DNA from: Candidatus Woesearchaeota archaeon
Lineage (GTDB): Archaea; Nanobdellota; Nanobdellia; SCGC-AAA011-G17; UBA489
Reading direction: 5' to 3'
Length of the DNA stretch: 43,899 nucleotides
NCBI GenBank assembly: GCA_964374125.1
Contig: CAYJXL010000002.1
Span: forward strand, 1-43,899
Made by a program: the position numbers and the translations under genes. The notes below the pieces were generated by a model, which did no database searches, was not told the origin of the DNA, and worked only from the letters and a program-made list of their open reading frames with translations. Every line of letters begins with the position of its first letter. Position 1 is the first letter of the stretch. Below are positions 31,210-41,039 of this stretch, piece after piece.

Positions 31210-31518
31210 TTACAGCTTTAATTCGTTCTCTAATTTGTTAGCTGCCGCTTGTCGTCGTAACAGTTCATAGGTTATATACATTCCGAGAGCAAAACCTCTA
31301 AAGTAGTCGCTCTTACCGTGGTTGTGCTGAATAAATTCGAGTACCTGATAAATAGATGGATTTTCGTTTTTGAATCTCTCCAGCTCGACCCCGAAATCTT
31401 TGTAGTATCCCTTCACAATTTCGGGTGATTTACCGACTTCTCGTTCTAATATGTCCAGAAGAGATTCGTACGCTGCGCTACTTACAACAGGTAGCCCATC
31501 AGGCGTATTCTCTGTCAT
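31210..31518 (-). CDS. hypothetical protein
   Basis: The ORF is somewhat AT-richer than its surroundings. Start set at Met6 (31518), which lies about 29 nt downstream of 'tttttaaatatat'. I recognise no family. Confidence 0.4.
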   Translation of the reverse strand: MTENTPDGLPVVSSAAYESLLDILEREVGKSPEIVKGYYKDFGVELERFKNENPSIYQVLEFIQHNHGKSDYFRGFALGMYITYELLRRQAAANKLENELKL

Positions 31519-31686
31519 TTTCGATATGTACACTCGAACATATATTTAAAAACCTTCGCCTTTGCCAACTCTTCGGTCACTGCGTTCCCTCAGCCTTCCT
31601 CCGCTCCCTTCGATCGCTTCCTGCTGCACGCAAAAAAACCATGAAACGAAAGTCTTTTATTATGATTTTCTGGACTGTAAACAACA

Positions 31687-32322
31687 ATGAAATACAAGCT
31701 CATCTGCTTCGACATGGATGGCGTAATATTCCAAGATGTCAATTTCTGGATACGTCTCCACAAAGTGTTCGGAACGCTCGACCAAGGCGGGGAACTAACC
31801 AGGAAATATTTGCATACGAACTACGACAGGCTCGTGGAAGAAGTCGTCCATAAGCTCTGGAAAGGAAAAGACGCGCAGCCGTATTTCGATCTTGTCAACT
31901 CGCTCGAGTACCTCCCAGGCGTGCCAGAAACATTCTCCTACGTCAAGCATCGCAGCTTGCTGACCGCAATCATCAGTGCCTCCAGCATCGAAGCTGCCCG
32001 TCGTGTCCAGCGAGACTTCGGCATCGACCATATATTCGCAAACGAACTCGTTATCAAAAACGGAAAAATTTCTGGCGAGTTTGTCTGGCCCATTGGTGCG
32101 GGAAAAGAGAAAAAAGCGCAGATCATCCAAGATCTCTGCCGAGGCTTAGAGATCGAAACAAAAGAAGTAATCTACGTCGGCGATAGTGACGCAGATATCG
32201 AGGCATTCAAGGAAGTAGGATTGTCAATTGCATTCAACACAACATCAGAAGAATTAAAAAAAGCGGCAACGCGCGTTGTTGACTCACAGAATCTCGCAGA
32301 TATATTAAAATATATTCACTAA
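31687..32322 (+). CDS. HAD-superfamily hydrolase (subfamily IB, phosphoserine-phosphatase-like)
   Basis: Motif I is 'LICFDMDGVIF', followed by 'IISASS' and the K/'VGDSDADIEAF' motifs. A TATA-like box lies about 28 nt upstream. Confidence 0.75.
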   Translation: MKYKLICFDMDGVIFQDVNFWIRLHKVFGTLDQGGELTRKYLHTNYDRLVEEVVHKLWKGKDAQPYFDLVNSLEYLPGVPETFSYVKHRSLLTAIISASSIEAARRVQRDFGIDHIFANELVIKNGKISGEFVWPIGAGKEKKAQIIQDLCRGLEIETKEVIYVGDSDADIEAFKEVGLSIAFNTTSEELKKAATRVVDSQNLADILKYIH

Positions 32323-32729
32323 GCACGTAAATAAAGGCTTCGTAACCACTGTCGCGCACTCGGATGCGTCAGTAATCGAAGCGCCTCGTTCTTTGTTACC
32401 CATCGATGCCGATCATGTTCTATAATCTTTTGTCGAATATTAATCTTCTGCCTCATCGGCGCCCGTATCAAGTACACTTGAACAATCTTGACAGGTCGCT
32501 CGTTCCACCGCCACCGGCTCTGCTTGTTCAACCGCCTTTCAATTCGATAATGTCTCAGATGTGTCTCCTCCAGTATCCCGCGTCGTAAACACCCCAGCCT
32601 TGTCTCTCCGGGTTCCACTGTCTCCTTCAAGAACTCCCACCCTTTCCAATGCAGGACGCGATGAAAAACCAAGAAGTAAGGAACGCCATTCTTAAGATCA
32701 TAAATGATGGCTTGAACTTTTCGGATCAT
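32319..32729 (-). CDS. NUDIX hydrolase
   Basis: The Nudix box is 'GWEFLKETVEPGETRLGCLRRGILEETHL'. Confidence 0.8.
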   Translation of the reverse strand: MIRKVQAIIYDLKNGVPYFLVFHRVLHWKGWEFLKETVEPGETRLGCLRRGILEETHLRHYRIERRLNKQSRWRWNERPVKIVQVYLIRAPMRQKINIRQKIIEHDRHRWVTKNEALRLLTHPSARQWLRSLYLRA

Positions 32730-33031
32730 GCGCGAAACCTCGTCTTGAGAACGCCGAATTTCTTTTCAAATTCGGTTTCCAGTTCGATATCGTGCAGCGA
32801 AGCAAGATGGCATAACAGCATCAAACAATCCGCAAGCTCCTCTCCAAGGTTCTCCCGATTCACTGCCTCACGCTTTGTCTCTTGGTTATACAATTGTCGC
32901 GCCAGCTCGCCCATCTCTTCCATCAGATGAATAACAGTCAATGGAGCGTCATGACGCCGGCCATTATACGTCCTTTCGATTTCATGAATGATGAGCTCAG
33001 TCTTTCGCTGGATCTCGTGAAGCATGGTCAT
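32726..33031 (-). CDS. MazG-like nucleotide pyrophosphohydrolase
   Basis: '[12 protein letters not shown]' and '[16 protein letters not shown]' give the EExxE...ExxD pattern. 101 aa. Confidence 0.75.
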   Translation of the reverse strand: MTMLHEIQRKTELIIHEIERTYNGRRHDAPLTVIHLMEEMGELARQLYNQETKREAVNRENLGEELADCLMLLCHLASLHDIELETEFEKKFGVLKTRFRA

Positions 33032-34428
33032 GGTTTCACCAGCCGATAGCCCTCTGGTAAATCCTGAATTGCATAGCCATGTTCTTCAATCTTCTTCCGC
33101 AGTTTATCAGCTCGTTCCCAGTCTTTCTTCTTTCTCGCTTCCTCGCGTTCCTTCGCTAATAATGCAACAGATTTAGGTATGTTTAGTTTCTCCTTCTTGA
33201 GGCCCGTAAGTCCAAACCCAAAGACCATGTCAAAAACCTCAAGCAAGCGCCGTTTCTCCGCGTTGTTCATTTCCTTGTGCTTAACAACCCCCCACAGTAG
33301 CGCAAGCGCTTTGGGCATGTCCAGATCATCATAAATCGCCTCTTCAAACTTTTTCAAGTACAACGTCGCATAGTGGTCATTTTCGGAGACGTTGCGCGTA
33401 TCATCGCGAAACTCTAAATATCGTTCTTTCAGAGTATGCAAAGCCGCGCGCGCGCTCGTCAACGCCTCCCAGCTAAACGTCAATTGCGACCGATAATGCG
33501 CAGTAAAACAAAAGTACCGATAATCCAGCGGATCGTAGCCTTTTTCAACCGCAGTCTGCAGTGTGACAAAATTGCCGCCAGACTTTGCCATCTTTTCCTT
33601 CTCAAGCGCTAGAAAAGCGCCATGCAGCCAGTAACAAACAAAAGATTTTCCTGTCGCAGATTCTGACTGGGCAATCTCATTCGTATGGTGCACAGGAATA
33701 TGATCAATCCCGCCACAATGAATATCAAAAGTCTCTCCTAAGTATTTCATCGCCATCGCCGAGCACTCAAGGTGCCAGCCAGGAAAACCGCGCTCTGACC
33801 ACGGCGATCTCCATTTCATCTGCCGCTTCTGGCCTGAAGGCGAGAATTTCCACAACGCAAAGTCCGTCACGTTCCTTTTTTCCCTCGCATCAACACGTGC
33901 GCCAGCCTTGAGCCCCTCAAGATCAAGCTTTGCAAGTTTTCCATAGTCCTTCAGCTTCGATGTATCAAAATAAATGCCATCTTCAGTTCTGTACGTGAAT
34001 CCTTTCTTCTCCAGCTGCTGAACCAGCGCAATTTGCTCCTTGATGTGATCAGTCGCCTTGCACCAAACATCAGGTTCAAGAACATGCAACGCTTTCAAAT
34101 CAGTCTTGAACGCTTTCGTATAAAATGCTGCAATCTCCCACGCAGTCTTACGCTCCCGTGCCGCTCCAACCTCCATCTTGTCTTCGCCAGTATCCGCATC
34201 CGACGTCAGATGTCCAACATCAGTGATGTTCATAACGTGCTTCACCTTGTATCCATTCCACAACAGAACACGTTTCAAGATGTCCTCAAAGATATATGTC
34301 CGCAAGTTACCAATGTGGGCATAGGCATACACAGTTGGACCGCATGTATAAAGACCAATCTGCTTATCTTTCAATGGTGTAAAAACTTCTTTCTTTCTCG
34401 TTAAGGTGTTATACAAGACAAGCGCCAT
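33028..34428 (-). CDS. cysS: cysteine--tRNA ligase
   Basis: '[17 protein letters not shown]' is the HIGH motif and 'KMAKSGGN' the KMSKS motif. 'WHLECSAM' is also present. Confidence 0.95.
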   Translation of the reverse strand: MALVLYNTLTRKKEVFTPLKDKQIGLYTCGPTVYAYAHIGNLRTYIFEDILKRVLLWNGYKVKHVMNITDVGHLTSDADTGEDKMEVGAARERKTAWEIAAFYTKAFKTDLKALHVLEPDVWCKATDHIKEQIALVQQLEKKGFTYRTEDGIYFDTSKLKDYGKLAKLDLEGLKAGARVDAREKRNVTDFALWKFSPSGQKRQMKWRSPWSERGFPGWHLECSAMAMKYLGETFDIHCGGIDHIPVHHTNEIAQSESATGKSFVCYWLHGAFLALEKEKMAKSGGNFVTLQTAVEKGYDPLDYRYFCFTAHYRSQLTFSWEALTSARAALHTLKERYLEFRDDTRNVSENDHYATLYLKKFEEAIYDDLDMPKALALLWGVVKHKEMNNAEKRRLLEVFDMVFGFGLTGLKKEKLNIPKSVALLAKEREEARKKKDWERADKLRKKIEEHGYAIQDLPEGYRLVKP

Positions 34429-34460
34429 AGATCAAAGAAAGAAAAGTGCTTTATAAAACT

Positions 34461-35045
34461 TTATTTCGCAGTCACTTCGACGATCAATGGCGTCGATTCC
34501 TTCTCCGGAGTGCCGCAATCTGTGCATTGTAATTCCACGCGGAACCGGTACGTTCCCAGGGATAATCCACGCGAGTCAAAGGTGATAAAATCAGAAGCGC
34601 CCTTTCCAGAAGTCAGCTCAACAGGCGACGTAAACCACTGGACGCGATTCTTCAACAATGATTGGGCGCCGGCAGGAACGCTGTCAACAACAACATCGTA
34701 CCGAAAAGAATGGGTCTCCTCTTGGATATTTCGTATATTGACCCGCAAATTGAGTTTCTTGCCTTGCTCCACGCTCGCAAGCGGCTGCGGGATATTGATC
34801 GCGCTCGCGGTATTGCCAAACAATTCAACAATCTGCTGGTCAGTAAGCTCTTTGAGCTTCGTCTGTTCTTCGCTCAGTCCGCCAAAGATGTTGTAAATCC
34901 AGCGCAGCCCCAGCGTCAACAACGTAATGCCAAGAACCACGACAATAACAGTGGTCATGGAAAGTTCTACCGCGCCCCTCTTCCGCGTAAAAACATGTTT
35001 CATTGATAAGTAGCGTTGTAATGTGTTAATAAATGTTTCTTTCAT
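34461..35045 (-). CDS. putative archaeal type IV pilin-like (class III signal peptide) surface protein
   Basis: '(M)KHVFTRKRGAVELSMTTVIVVVLGITLLTLGL' has a basic stretch, Gly-Ala, then a hydrophobic helix. An alternative start is Met15 at 35003. The remainder is beta-rich. Confidence 0.45.
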   Translation of the reverse strand: MKETFINTLQRYLSMKHVFTRKRGAVELSMTTVIVVVLGITLLTLGLRWIYNIFGGLSEEQTKLKELTDQQIVELFGNTASAINIPQPLASVEQGKKLNLRVNIRNIQEETHSFRYDVVVDSVPAGAQSLLKNRVQWFTSPVELTSGKGASDFITFDSRGLSLGTYRFRVELQCTDCGTPEKESTPLIVEVTAK

Positions 35046-35048
35046 CAG

Positions 35049-36449
35049 TCATTTTCTCAGGTCGGCAAGCTTTTTCAAGTTCAGTGCCTTTTCAAGCGTC
35101 TTCTTGTCCATCAAACCATCCTCGAGAACAAGTTCTCGCACCGTTCGCTCTTCCTTGTACGCGCGCTTTGCAATCTCAGCAGCTTTTGCATAACCAATGT
35201 ATGGTGTCAAGGCAGTAACAATGATCGGATTTTTCTCCGCATGCTCGCGACACCTTCGCTCATTTGCTTTGATCCCCCTGACACACTTCTCCGTAAAAAT
35301 CACGACGCCATGGCTCAGTATCTCAAGAGATTCCAGGAGTGTAAATGCAGCCAGAGGCATCATAACGTTCAGCTCCAATTGTCCCGCCTGTGTGCATAAC
35401 CCGATTGTTGTGTCATTGCCAACCACTTGGAACCCGACCATGTCAAGCATTTCCGCAACTGCGGGATTGACTTTTCCAGGCATGATCGACGACCCCGGCT
35501 GCACTGCCGGCAACGAAAGCTCTCCAAGCCCCGTGCTCGGACCAGAACTCAACAATCGCAGGTCATTCACAATCTTCACCAGGTCCAACGCAAGTGTTTT
35601 CAGAGATGCGCTGACCGTCGCAACCGCGCCAATGCTTTGTGTCCCTTCAAAAAGATCCCTGCTCGGCTTGAACGGCACGCCAGTCAATTTCCGAATCTCC
35701 TGGAAGACAAACTTTCTATAGCGGCGTGATGCATGTACTCCAGTTCCTATCGCAGTCCCGCCCATGTTCAGTTCCCGCAGTCGCTCGCCATCATCAAAGA
35801 CATGCTCGCAATCCTTGCGAATAACTTCTGCATAAGCGCCGAACTCCTGTCCAAGCGTCATCGGCACCGCATCCCGCAGGTGTGTTCGTCCAGATTTTAT
35901 CACGCGCTTCCACGCCTTCGCTTTTTTCCGCAGCTCGCGTTCAAGTCGTGTAAGCGCAAGCAACAATTCTTTGTGGAGCTGCAGATACGCGGCAATATGA
36001 ATCGCGCTATGAAACACGTCATTCGTCGATTGGGACATGTTCACATGGTCATTGGGATGAATGATAATGTATGACCCTCGCTGCCGATGAAGAATCTCCA
36101 ACGCTCGGTTTGCAATCACCTCATTCAAGTTCATGTTCTCCGCAGTCCCAGCGCCAGCCTGAAAAACATCAATCAGAAATTGATCGTCAAGTTTTCCGCG
36201 CAGCACATCGTCGCACGCATGAACAATAGCGTTTCCCTTTGTTTTCTCAAGCTTGCCATCCCGCATATTCGCGCGCGCGGCAGCCTTTTTCAGCAATGCA
36301 ATCGCAAAGATCAACGGCCGCTGAAGGCGCAAGCCGCTGACCTGAAACGTATCCAATGCCCGTTTCGTCTGCACGCCATAATACGCAGAAGAAGGAACAC
36401 GCTGAGCGCCGAGGTAATCACGTTCAACACGATAGCCTCTCTTTTTCAT
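35049..36449 (-). CDS. aspartate ammonia-lyase / class II fumarase family lyase (more aspartase-like)
   Basis: 'GSSIMPGKVNPAVAEM' is the family signature, and 'YRVERDYLG...AYYGVQTKRA' is also present. Start set at Met15 (36449), with a TATA box about 24 nt upstream. Confidence 0.85.
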   Translation of the reverse strand: MKKRGYRVERDYLGAQRVPSSAYYGVQTKRALDTFQVSGLRLQRPLIFAIALLKKAAARANMRDGKLEKTKGNAIVHACDDVLRGKLDDQFLIDVFQAGAGTAENMNLNEVIANRALEILHRQRGSYIIIHPNDHVNMSQSTNDVFHSAIHIAAYLQLHKELLLALTRLERELRKKAKAWKRVIKSGRTHLRDAVPMTLGQEFGAYAEVIRKDCEHVFDDGERLRELNMGGTAIGTGVHASRRYRKFVFQEIRKLTGVPFKPSRDLFEGTQSIGAVATVSASLKTLALDLVKIVNDLRLLSSGPSTGLGELSLPAVQPGSSIMPGKVNPAVAEMLDMVGFQVVGNDTTIGLCTQAGQLELNVMMPLAAFTLLESLEILSHGVVIFTEKCVRGIKANERRCREHAEKNPIIVTALTPYIGYAKAAEIAKRAYKEERTVRELVLEDGLMDKKTLEKALNLKKLADLRK

Positions 36450-36468
36450 ACAAAACAAAAAGATAACC

Positions 36469-36477
36469 TTATATAAA
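36469..36477 (-). promoter_or_regulatory. TATA box (atttataaa/ttatataag region) for the lyase gene
   Basis: 'ccttatataaatgc' is centred about 24 nt upstream of the ATG at 36449. Confidence 0.4.
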
Positions 36478-36546
36478 TGCTTTTCCAACAAGAGAATAAA
36501 AGCCTAGGTATATCGCCAAATCAAGAGGAATAAGAGGTAAAAAGAG

Positions 36547-36675
36547 ATGTTTGAGCTCATTTACGACCCAATCAAGGCGGAGAAGAAGCCCTGGGATGTG
36601 TTTCTTTGGGCGCTGGTGATTACGTTTATAGCCATCTGGTTAAGCCCCTCGATCGCTCAAGGTTTCTCTGGGTAA
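36547..36675 (+). pseudogene. N-terminal fragment of a membrane-protein gene, truncated at the IS remnant
   Basis: MFELIYDPIKAEKKPWDVFLWALVITFIAIWLS... reads like a normal N-terminus plus the first transmembrane segment. It then runs into antisense transposase sequence and stops after 42 aa. Confidence 0.4.
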
Positions 36676-37227
36676 TCCGAATCTCTTCACACCGTGTTCG
36701 AACAGCGCAATGCTGTTCTCCGTGGTTGCTTCTCGAACGTACTCGGCTGCGGTGATCAGCCGAGAATGATCATCCAACCATGCCGTGATCCAACAGCCCA
36801 GTCGTTCTACCCAGCAATAATCGGTCTGCCAGAGGCTATTGCTGTGGTTTCGCTCCCAGCGAATGTAGTGGTAGCGCTTGCCTTTTTCTGGTGCTGGACG
36901 ATCAAGATGATGTGCCTGCAAAATCTTCGTAATCTTCTGCTTGCTGATCTGCAAGCCTCGTTGCTGCAACAAGCCTTTGATTTTATGAATTCCATACTGC
37001 TTCTTGCAGAGCTGCAAGATGCGATGTTGCATCTCACGAGGAATAGCATCGATCTTTCGTCCAGAAGATCGGGAAGCAAGTGCCTCCCTTCCGCCACGTT
37101 GATATGACGTCCAAAGGCGATGCACAGTCATACGTGTAATCTGCTGTGCAGAAGCAATTTCTTGATCGGTCAATACGCCCTTTGCCTTTTGCAGAACGAT
37201 CCAATATCGTTTCTTTTCCGTTAACAT
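36640..37227 (-). pseudogene. truncated DDE (rve-type, IS481/IS3-superfamily-like) transposase
   Basis: An N-terminal HTH is followed by 'SLWQTDYCW' (first Asp) and 'TLSDRGA*', which ends at the second Asp region. The rest of the catalytic core, including the Glu, is missing. Confidence 0.6.
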
Positions 37228-37406
37228 ACGCTATCACCTCGGACAAGCCGAGGGATAAAAAGGTTAAAATGTAACACTATTTCGGGACATCACAATCGCG
37301 CCGTGCATGCGCAAAAGGAAGGAAAAATACATAAAAGCAATCATGAGGTGGTATAAGACACAAAGTACCTGCCAGACCAAATATTACGCTAAAGATGTGA
37401 ATAAAC

Positions 37407-39023
37407 ATGGAAAAAGAAACAAAAATATTTCTCGTAATATTTACAGTCTTCTTCATCTTTCTCTTCGCCACGATTGACGACACAGGCGTTACGCATGATG
37501 AAGTAGTCTACTTCTCGCAAACAATGAGGCTGGCAAATACCTCGCTAGGATTCTTCGAGAAGTTTGAAGCGTTCAAGCCACCATATCATGGCGCATTTAT
37601 GCACATGTTCTCGCTGCCATTGTATCTTCTTACAAGAAGTTTCCTCGACACAACAACCGCGCTCCGCGTCGGCTCATCAGTGCTCTATAGTTTATTTCTC
37701 GTGTTGTTCTTCTTTTTTTTAAAGAATAAATTTAACGGATTCACCGCGCTCATAGCAACCACAGTTCTCATGGGAATGCCGCGTCTCTTCTTCCACAGCC
37801 ATCTTCTGGCATCAGATCTTACAATAGCAGCGCTCTACTTTGCAGCAACGATTTTGTTTTTCGAAGCAACCACAAAAAGAAGTATGCCATACACGCTGCT
37901 AACAGGTCTCGTACTTGGCGCAATGCTCGCGACGAAGATCACGGGATATTTCATTTTCATTGCCCTGTTGATTTATACAATGTGCAACGACATAAAAAAG
38001 AAAGAGATAACAACATGGAATGTGGGCAAAGCAAAGATACCAATGATTATCATTGTATTTGCAATTGGCGGCCTCTTTTTCTTTATCATATCGCCCCAAC
38101 TCTACAAAGATCCGTTGCTCATCATCGAGTATCTAAAATATCACAGTCCTCAATCTCGGTGGGACAGTGTTTTCTTGTTTAACGCAAGCCACGAACCCTC
38201 ATCGCCAATAAGTTTCCTCTTTGTGCCAACAACGCTGATAGCGACATTCAATACATTGCAGGTGCTTGTCACGCTCTATGGCGTAGCAATAATGTTTATG
38301 ACAAGAAACAAACGAATAGCATACCTCGGGTTCATATTCTTGCTGACAACATTGTTCTTCATGTCTCCAATGGGATACAAAGGTGATGGACATGGTGAGC
38401 GTTACTTCCTCATGCTCTATCCATTTCTTGCAGTCTTCGCTGGGACAGGTGCGCAATCAATTAGGGATGCTATAATGGGCCTGCAGAAGCAGGATAAAAA
38501 AAATAAATATCGCGCAATCGTTGATGGAATCATCATCGTCCTGTTCATGGGCACGTCTGCATTCGCCATCGTCTCATCGCACCCATTCGAAAGCTCTTAC
38601 TTCAATAGCATCGTTGGCGGAACAAAAGGCGTTGCCGAGCACAACATGCTGACAGCAACATACTGGTCTGATGAATTAAAATACACGCTCGATTGGCTAA
38701 ACAAGTTCCTGCCGCAAAATGCTACGATAGAAGCTCCTCCGCAAGCATCACCTTATCGTTGGTATCAAAGTCAGGGACTCTTGCGAAAGGACATAAAGAT
38801 CAGTGGCGATAGTCCGCAGTATCTCATCGTAACATTGCGGCAATCGTCCTTCTTCCCAAGAGAATTGTGGGACGCTGCTTCAGCAGGGCTTATCAAACCG
38901 TTATTCGTGGTAAAAAACAATCAAGGAGTCGACTTGGTAAGGATATACAAAATGCCGCAGTATGAATTAGTGCCCTTCCCAGCCTGGCCATTCAGAGAGT
39001 ACGAACAGATTATCCCGCTGTGA
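37407..39023 (+). CDS. GT-C fold glycosyltransferase (family 39 / ArnT-PMT-like) membrane protein
   Basis: 538 aa with more than 10 transmembrane segments. The first loop carries an acidic 'DDTGVTHDE' stretch. The C-terminal domain looks soluble. Confidence 0.55.
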   Translation: MEKETKIFLVIFTVFFIFLFATIDDTGVTHDEVVYFSQTMRLANTSLGFFEKFEAFKPPYHGAFMHMFSLPLYLLTRSFLDTTTALRVGSSVLYSLFLVLFFFFLKNKFNGFTALIATTVLMGMPRLFFHSHLLASDLTIAALYFAATILFFEATTKRSMPYTLLTGLVLGAMLATKITGYFIFIALLIYTMCNDIKKKEITTWNVGKAKIPMIIIVFAIGGLFFFIISPQLYKDPLLIIEYLKYHSPQSRWDSVFLFNASHEPSSPISFLFVPTTLIATFNTLQVLVTLYGVAIMFMTRNKRIAYLGFIFLLTTLFFMSPMGYKGDGHGERYFLMLYPFLAVFAGTGAQSIRDAIMGLQKQDKKNKYRAIVDGIIIVLFMGTSAFAIVSSHPFESSYFNSIVGGTKGVAEHNMLTATYWSDELKYTLDWLNKFLPQNATIEAPPQASPYRWYQSQGLLRKDIKISGDSPQYLIVTLRQSSFFPRELWDAASAGLIKPLFVVKNNQGVDLVRIYKMPQYELVPFPAWPFREYEQIIPL

Positions 39024-39024
39024 A

Positions 39025-40137
39025 CTACAAGGGCCTCATTTCCGAAACTGTAGGAATGATGTGCTCTGCAGTCAGCGGCTTCGTCATTCTTGCGATCTGT
39101 CGCGCAACAGACAGCATAAGCTCTCCGCCGACGTGCGAAATGCGCTCGTCAAGGATCTTTCGCATAAGAAAAGGAAAGACAATCGCATTGTTGACCTGGT
39201 TGGGAAAATCGCTTCTGCCCGTTGCAACAATCTTCGCGCCTGCGCGGAAAGCGAGTGATGGCAAAATCTCAGGATCAGGATTTGAAAGCGCGAAAACAAC
39301 GGGTTCATGCATAGTGCCAATCATTGCAGGCGTGAGAATATCAGCCTGGCCTGAAACGCCGATGAAAACATCCGCATCTTGAACCGCATCGTCAAGTGTA
39401 CCGTCCTCATCATGTGGATTGGTTAGTGCAATAAGACGCTGCTTGTAGATATGCAAATCCTTGCGCTTTCGAGAGAGGATGCCTTTGCTGTCCAGCACGA
39501 GCATGTCGCGAGCGCCAGCGCTATAAAGAAGATGTGCAATGCCATAGCCCGCAGCGCCAGCCCCAAGGATAACGATCCTCGCAGTTTGAAGTTTCTTGCC
39601 AACAACCTGCAGGGCATTAAGCAACGCAGCAGTTGCCACGATCGCAGTGCCATGCTGGTCATCATGAAACACAGGGATTTTCAATCGCTTCGTCAGCTCA
39701 TCAACAACCTCAAAGCATTTCGGCACCTCGATATCCTCGATGTTGATAGCGCCGAACGTCGGTTCAATGTTTTCAACAAACTGGATGATTTCGTCAACGT
39801 CTTGCGTCTTGATGCAGAGAGGCACAGCGTCAACATTGCCATAAACTTTGTAGAGCAATGCCTTCCCCTCCATCACCGGCAAGGCTGCTTCAGGTCCTCG
39901 ATTCCCCAGTCCTAAAACGCGGGAGCCATCGCTGACAATCGCGACAGCATTTCCCCTGCCAGTATATCGGTAAACCTCTTCTTTTTTGTCGCTGATGCGC
40001 CGCACAACCTCTGCAACGCCAGGCGTATACAATAAGCTAAGAACGCGCTGGTCAACCGCAATCTTCGGTTTAAGTTCAGTCTTCCCTTTCAGCTGTTCAT
40101 GCAGCTTTAGTGCCTCTCTTTTTAAGTCCATGATCAT
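39025..40137 (-). CDS. NAD(P)-dependent malic enzyme (short form)
   Basis: 'LSLLYTPGVAEV', 'VSDGSRVLGLGNRGPEAALPVMEGKALLYK', 'FHDDQHGTA' and the Rossmann motif 'ILGAGAAGYG'. Confidence 0.9.
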   Translation of the reverse strand: MIMDLKREALKLHEQLKGKTELKPKIAVDQRVLSLLYTPGVAEVVRRISDKKEEVYRYTGRGNAVAIVSDGSRVLGLGNRGPEAALPVMEGKALLYKVYGNVDAVPLCIKTQDVDEIIQFVENIEPTFGAINIEDIEVPKCFEVVDELTKRLKIPVFHDDQHGTAIVATAALLNALQVVGKKLQTARIVILGAGAAGYGIAHLLYSAGARDMLVLDSKGILSRKRKDLHIYKQRLIALTNPHDEDGTLDDAVQDADVFIGVSGQADILTPAMIGTMHEPVVFALSNPDPEILPSLAFRAGAKIVATGRSDFPNQVNNAIVFPFLMRKILDERISHVGGELMLSVARQIARMTKPLTAEHIIPTVSEMRPL

Positions 40138-40177
40138 GAAAGAAAAGAAGAACGTTATTTAAATCCTTTGTTGAGCG

Positions 40178-40927
40178 CTAATCATTGCTGACGCGTGGCG
40201 CGAGAATGAACGAAAGATTCAGCTTGTCCTTCGCCAAATAGTCAACCCGAAGTGGATAATCTTTGTTGAATTGCAGGACAACCCTGCTGCTCAGCTTGCT
40301 TCCCTTGACAATCTTCTTCAGGTACTCGATGCTGTATTTCGCCTTTACTGCATCACGCAGTGAATTCTTGATAATCAACCGTTCATCCACGCCAAGTTCT
40401 ACGCGCGCATCATTCATGTTGCTTTCTGCTTCAACCACAAAGTGATCCTTGCCGGCAATCAACGCAACACTCTCAGCAACCACATCAACGTCCTGGATAG
40501 CCTCGTCAAAGGTAACGCTGTCCATCTCAACTTTCAGGGGAAACGTCAGCTCAGGGATGCGCTGGTTCTTCTCCTCTGTATCAATCAACGCTAAATTAAA
40601 AGTCCTCGTGCCCTCGCTCTTGAGCTGAATCTTCAAGCGGTTTTTCTCGCGGTCGAGCTCGATCGTGACAACATCAGAAGGTCTCGCTCGCCGCATGATT
40701 GCCTTGAGTGAATCCAAGCTTACAGAAATGTCCTCTGGCTTGTCCACCTTGTACTCGGCAAACGCAGAGCTCAAAAGGTGAAAGACGACCATGGCAACGT
40801 TGGCAGGGTCCATCGCCACGAGTTCAATCTTGTCCTTGTCGACCTTGAAGCGAACCTCATTGACAAGCTCCGAAATAACATGAATGGAATCCACCAACAC
40901 TTTAGGTTCCGCAAGACTGAGCTTCAT
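40178..40927 (-). CDS. pcn: DNA polymerase sliding clamp PCNA
   Basis: 249 aa. 'LVDSIHVISELVNEVRFKVDKDKIELVAMDPANVAMVVF' and the two-domain layout match archaeal PCNA. Confidence 0.9.
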   Translation of the reverse strand: MKLSLAEPKVLVDSIHVISELVNEVRFKVDKDKIELVAMDPANVAMVVFHLLSSAFAEYKVDKPEDISVSLDSLKAIMRRARPSDVVTIELDREKNRLKIQLKSEGTRTFNLALIDTEEKNQRIPELTFPLKVEMDSVTFDEAIQDVDVVAESVALIAGKDHFVVEAESNMNDARVELGVDERLIIKNSLRDAVKAKYSIEYLKKIVKGSKLSSRVVLQFNKDYPLRVDYLAKDKLNLSFILAPRVSND

Positions 40928-41010
40928 GATCCCCCACGCTACGTCATCCGCTCGTTTCTTTATAAAGGTTTGGTTCAGATAAAGTTGTTATTGGAGAATA
41001 GGGAAAAAGT

Positions 41011-41018
41011 TTTATATA
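41011..41018 (+). promoter_or_regulatory. TATA box (tttatata) for the antiporter gene
   Basis: Centred about 25 nt upstream of the ATG at 41040. Confidence 0.45.
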
Positions 41019-41039
41019 ACGCCAAATGCCCGTGAAAAA

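Noticed and set aside
31425-31853. A 142-aa plus-strand ORF bridging the 107-aa gene, the intergenic region and the HAD gene start.
   Set aside because: It overlaps two better-supported genes. The HAD gene has its own TATA box at the right distance and a canonical DxD N-terminus.
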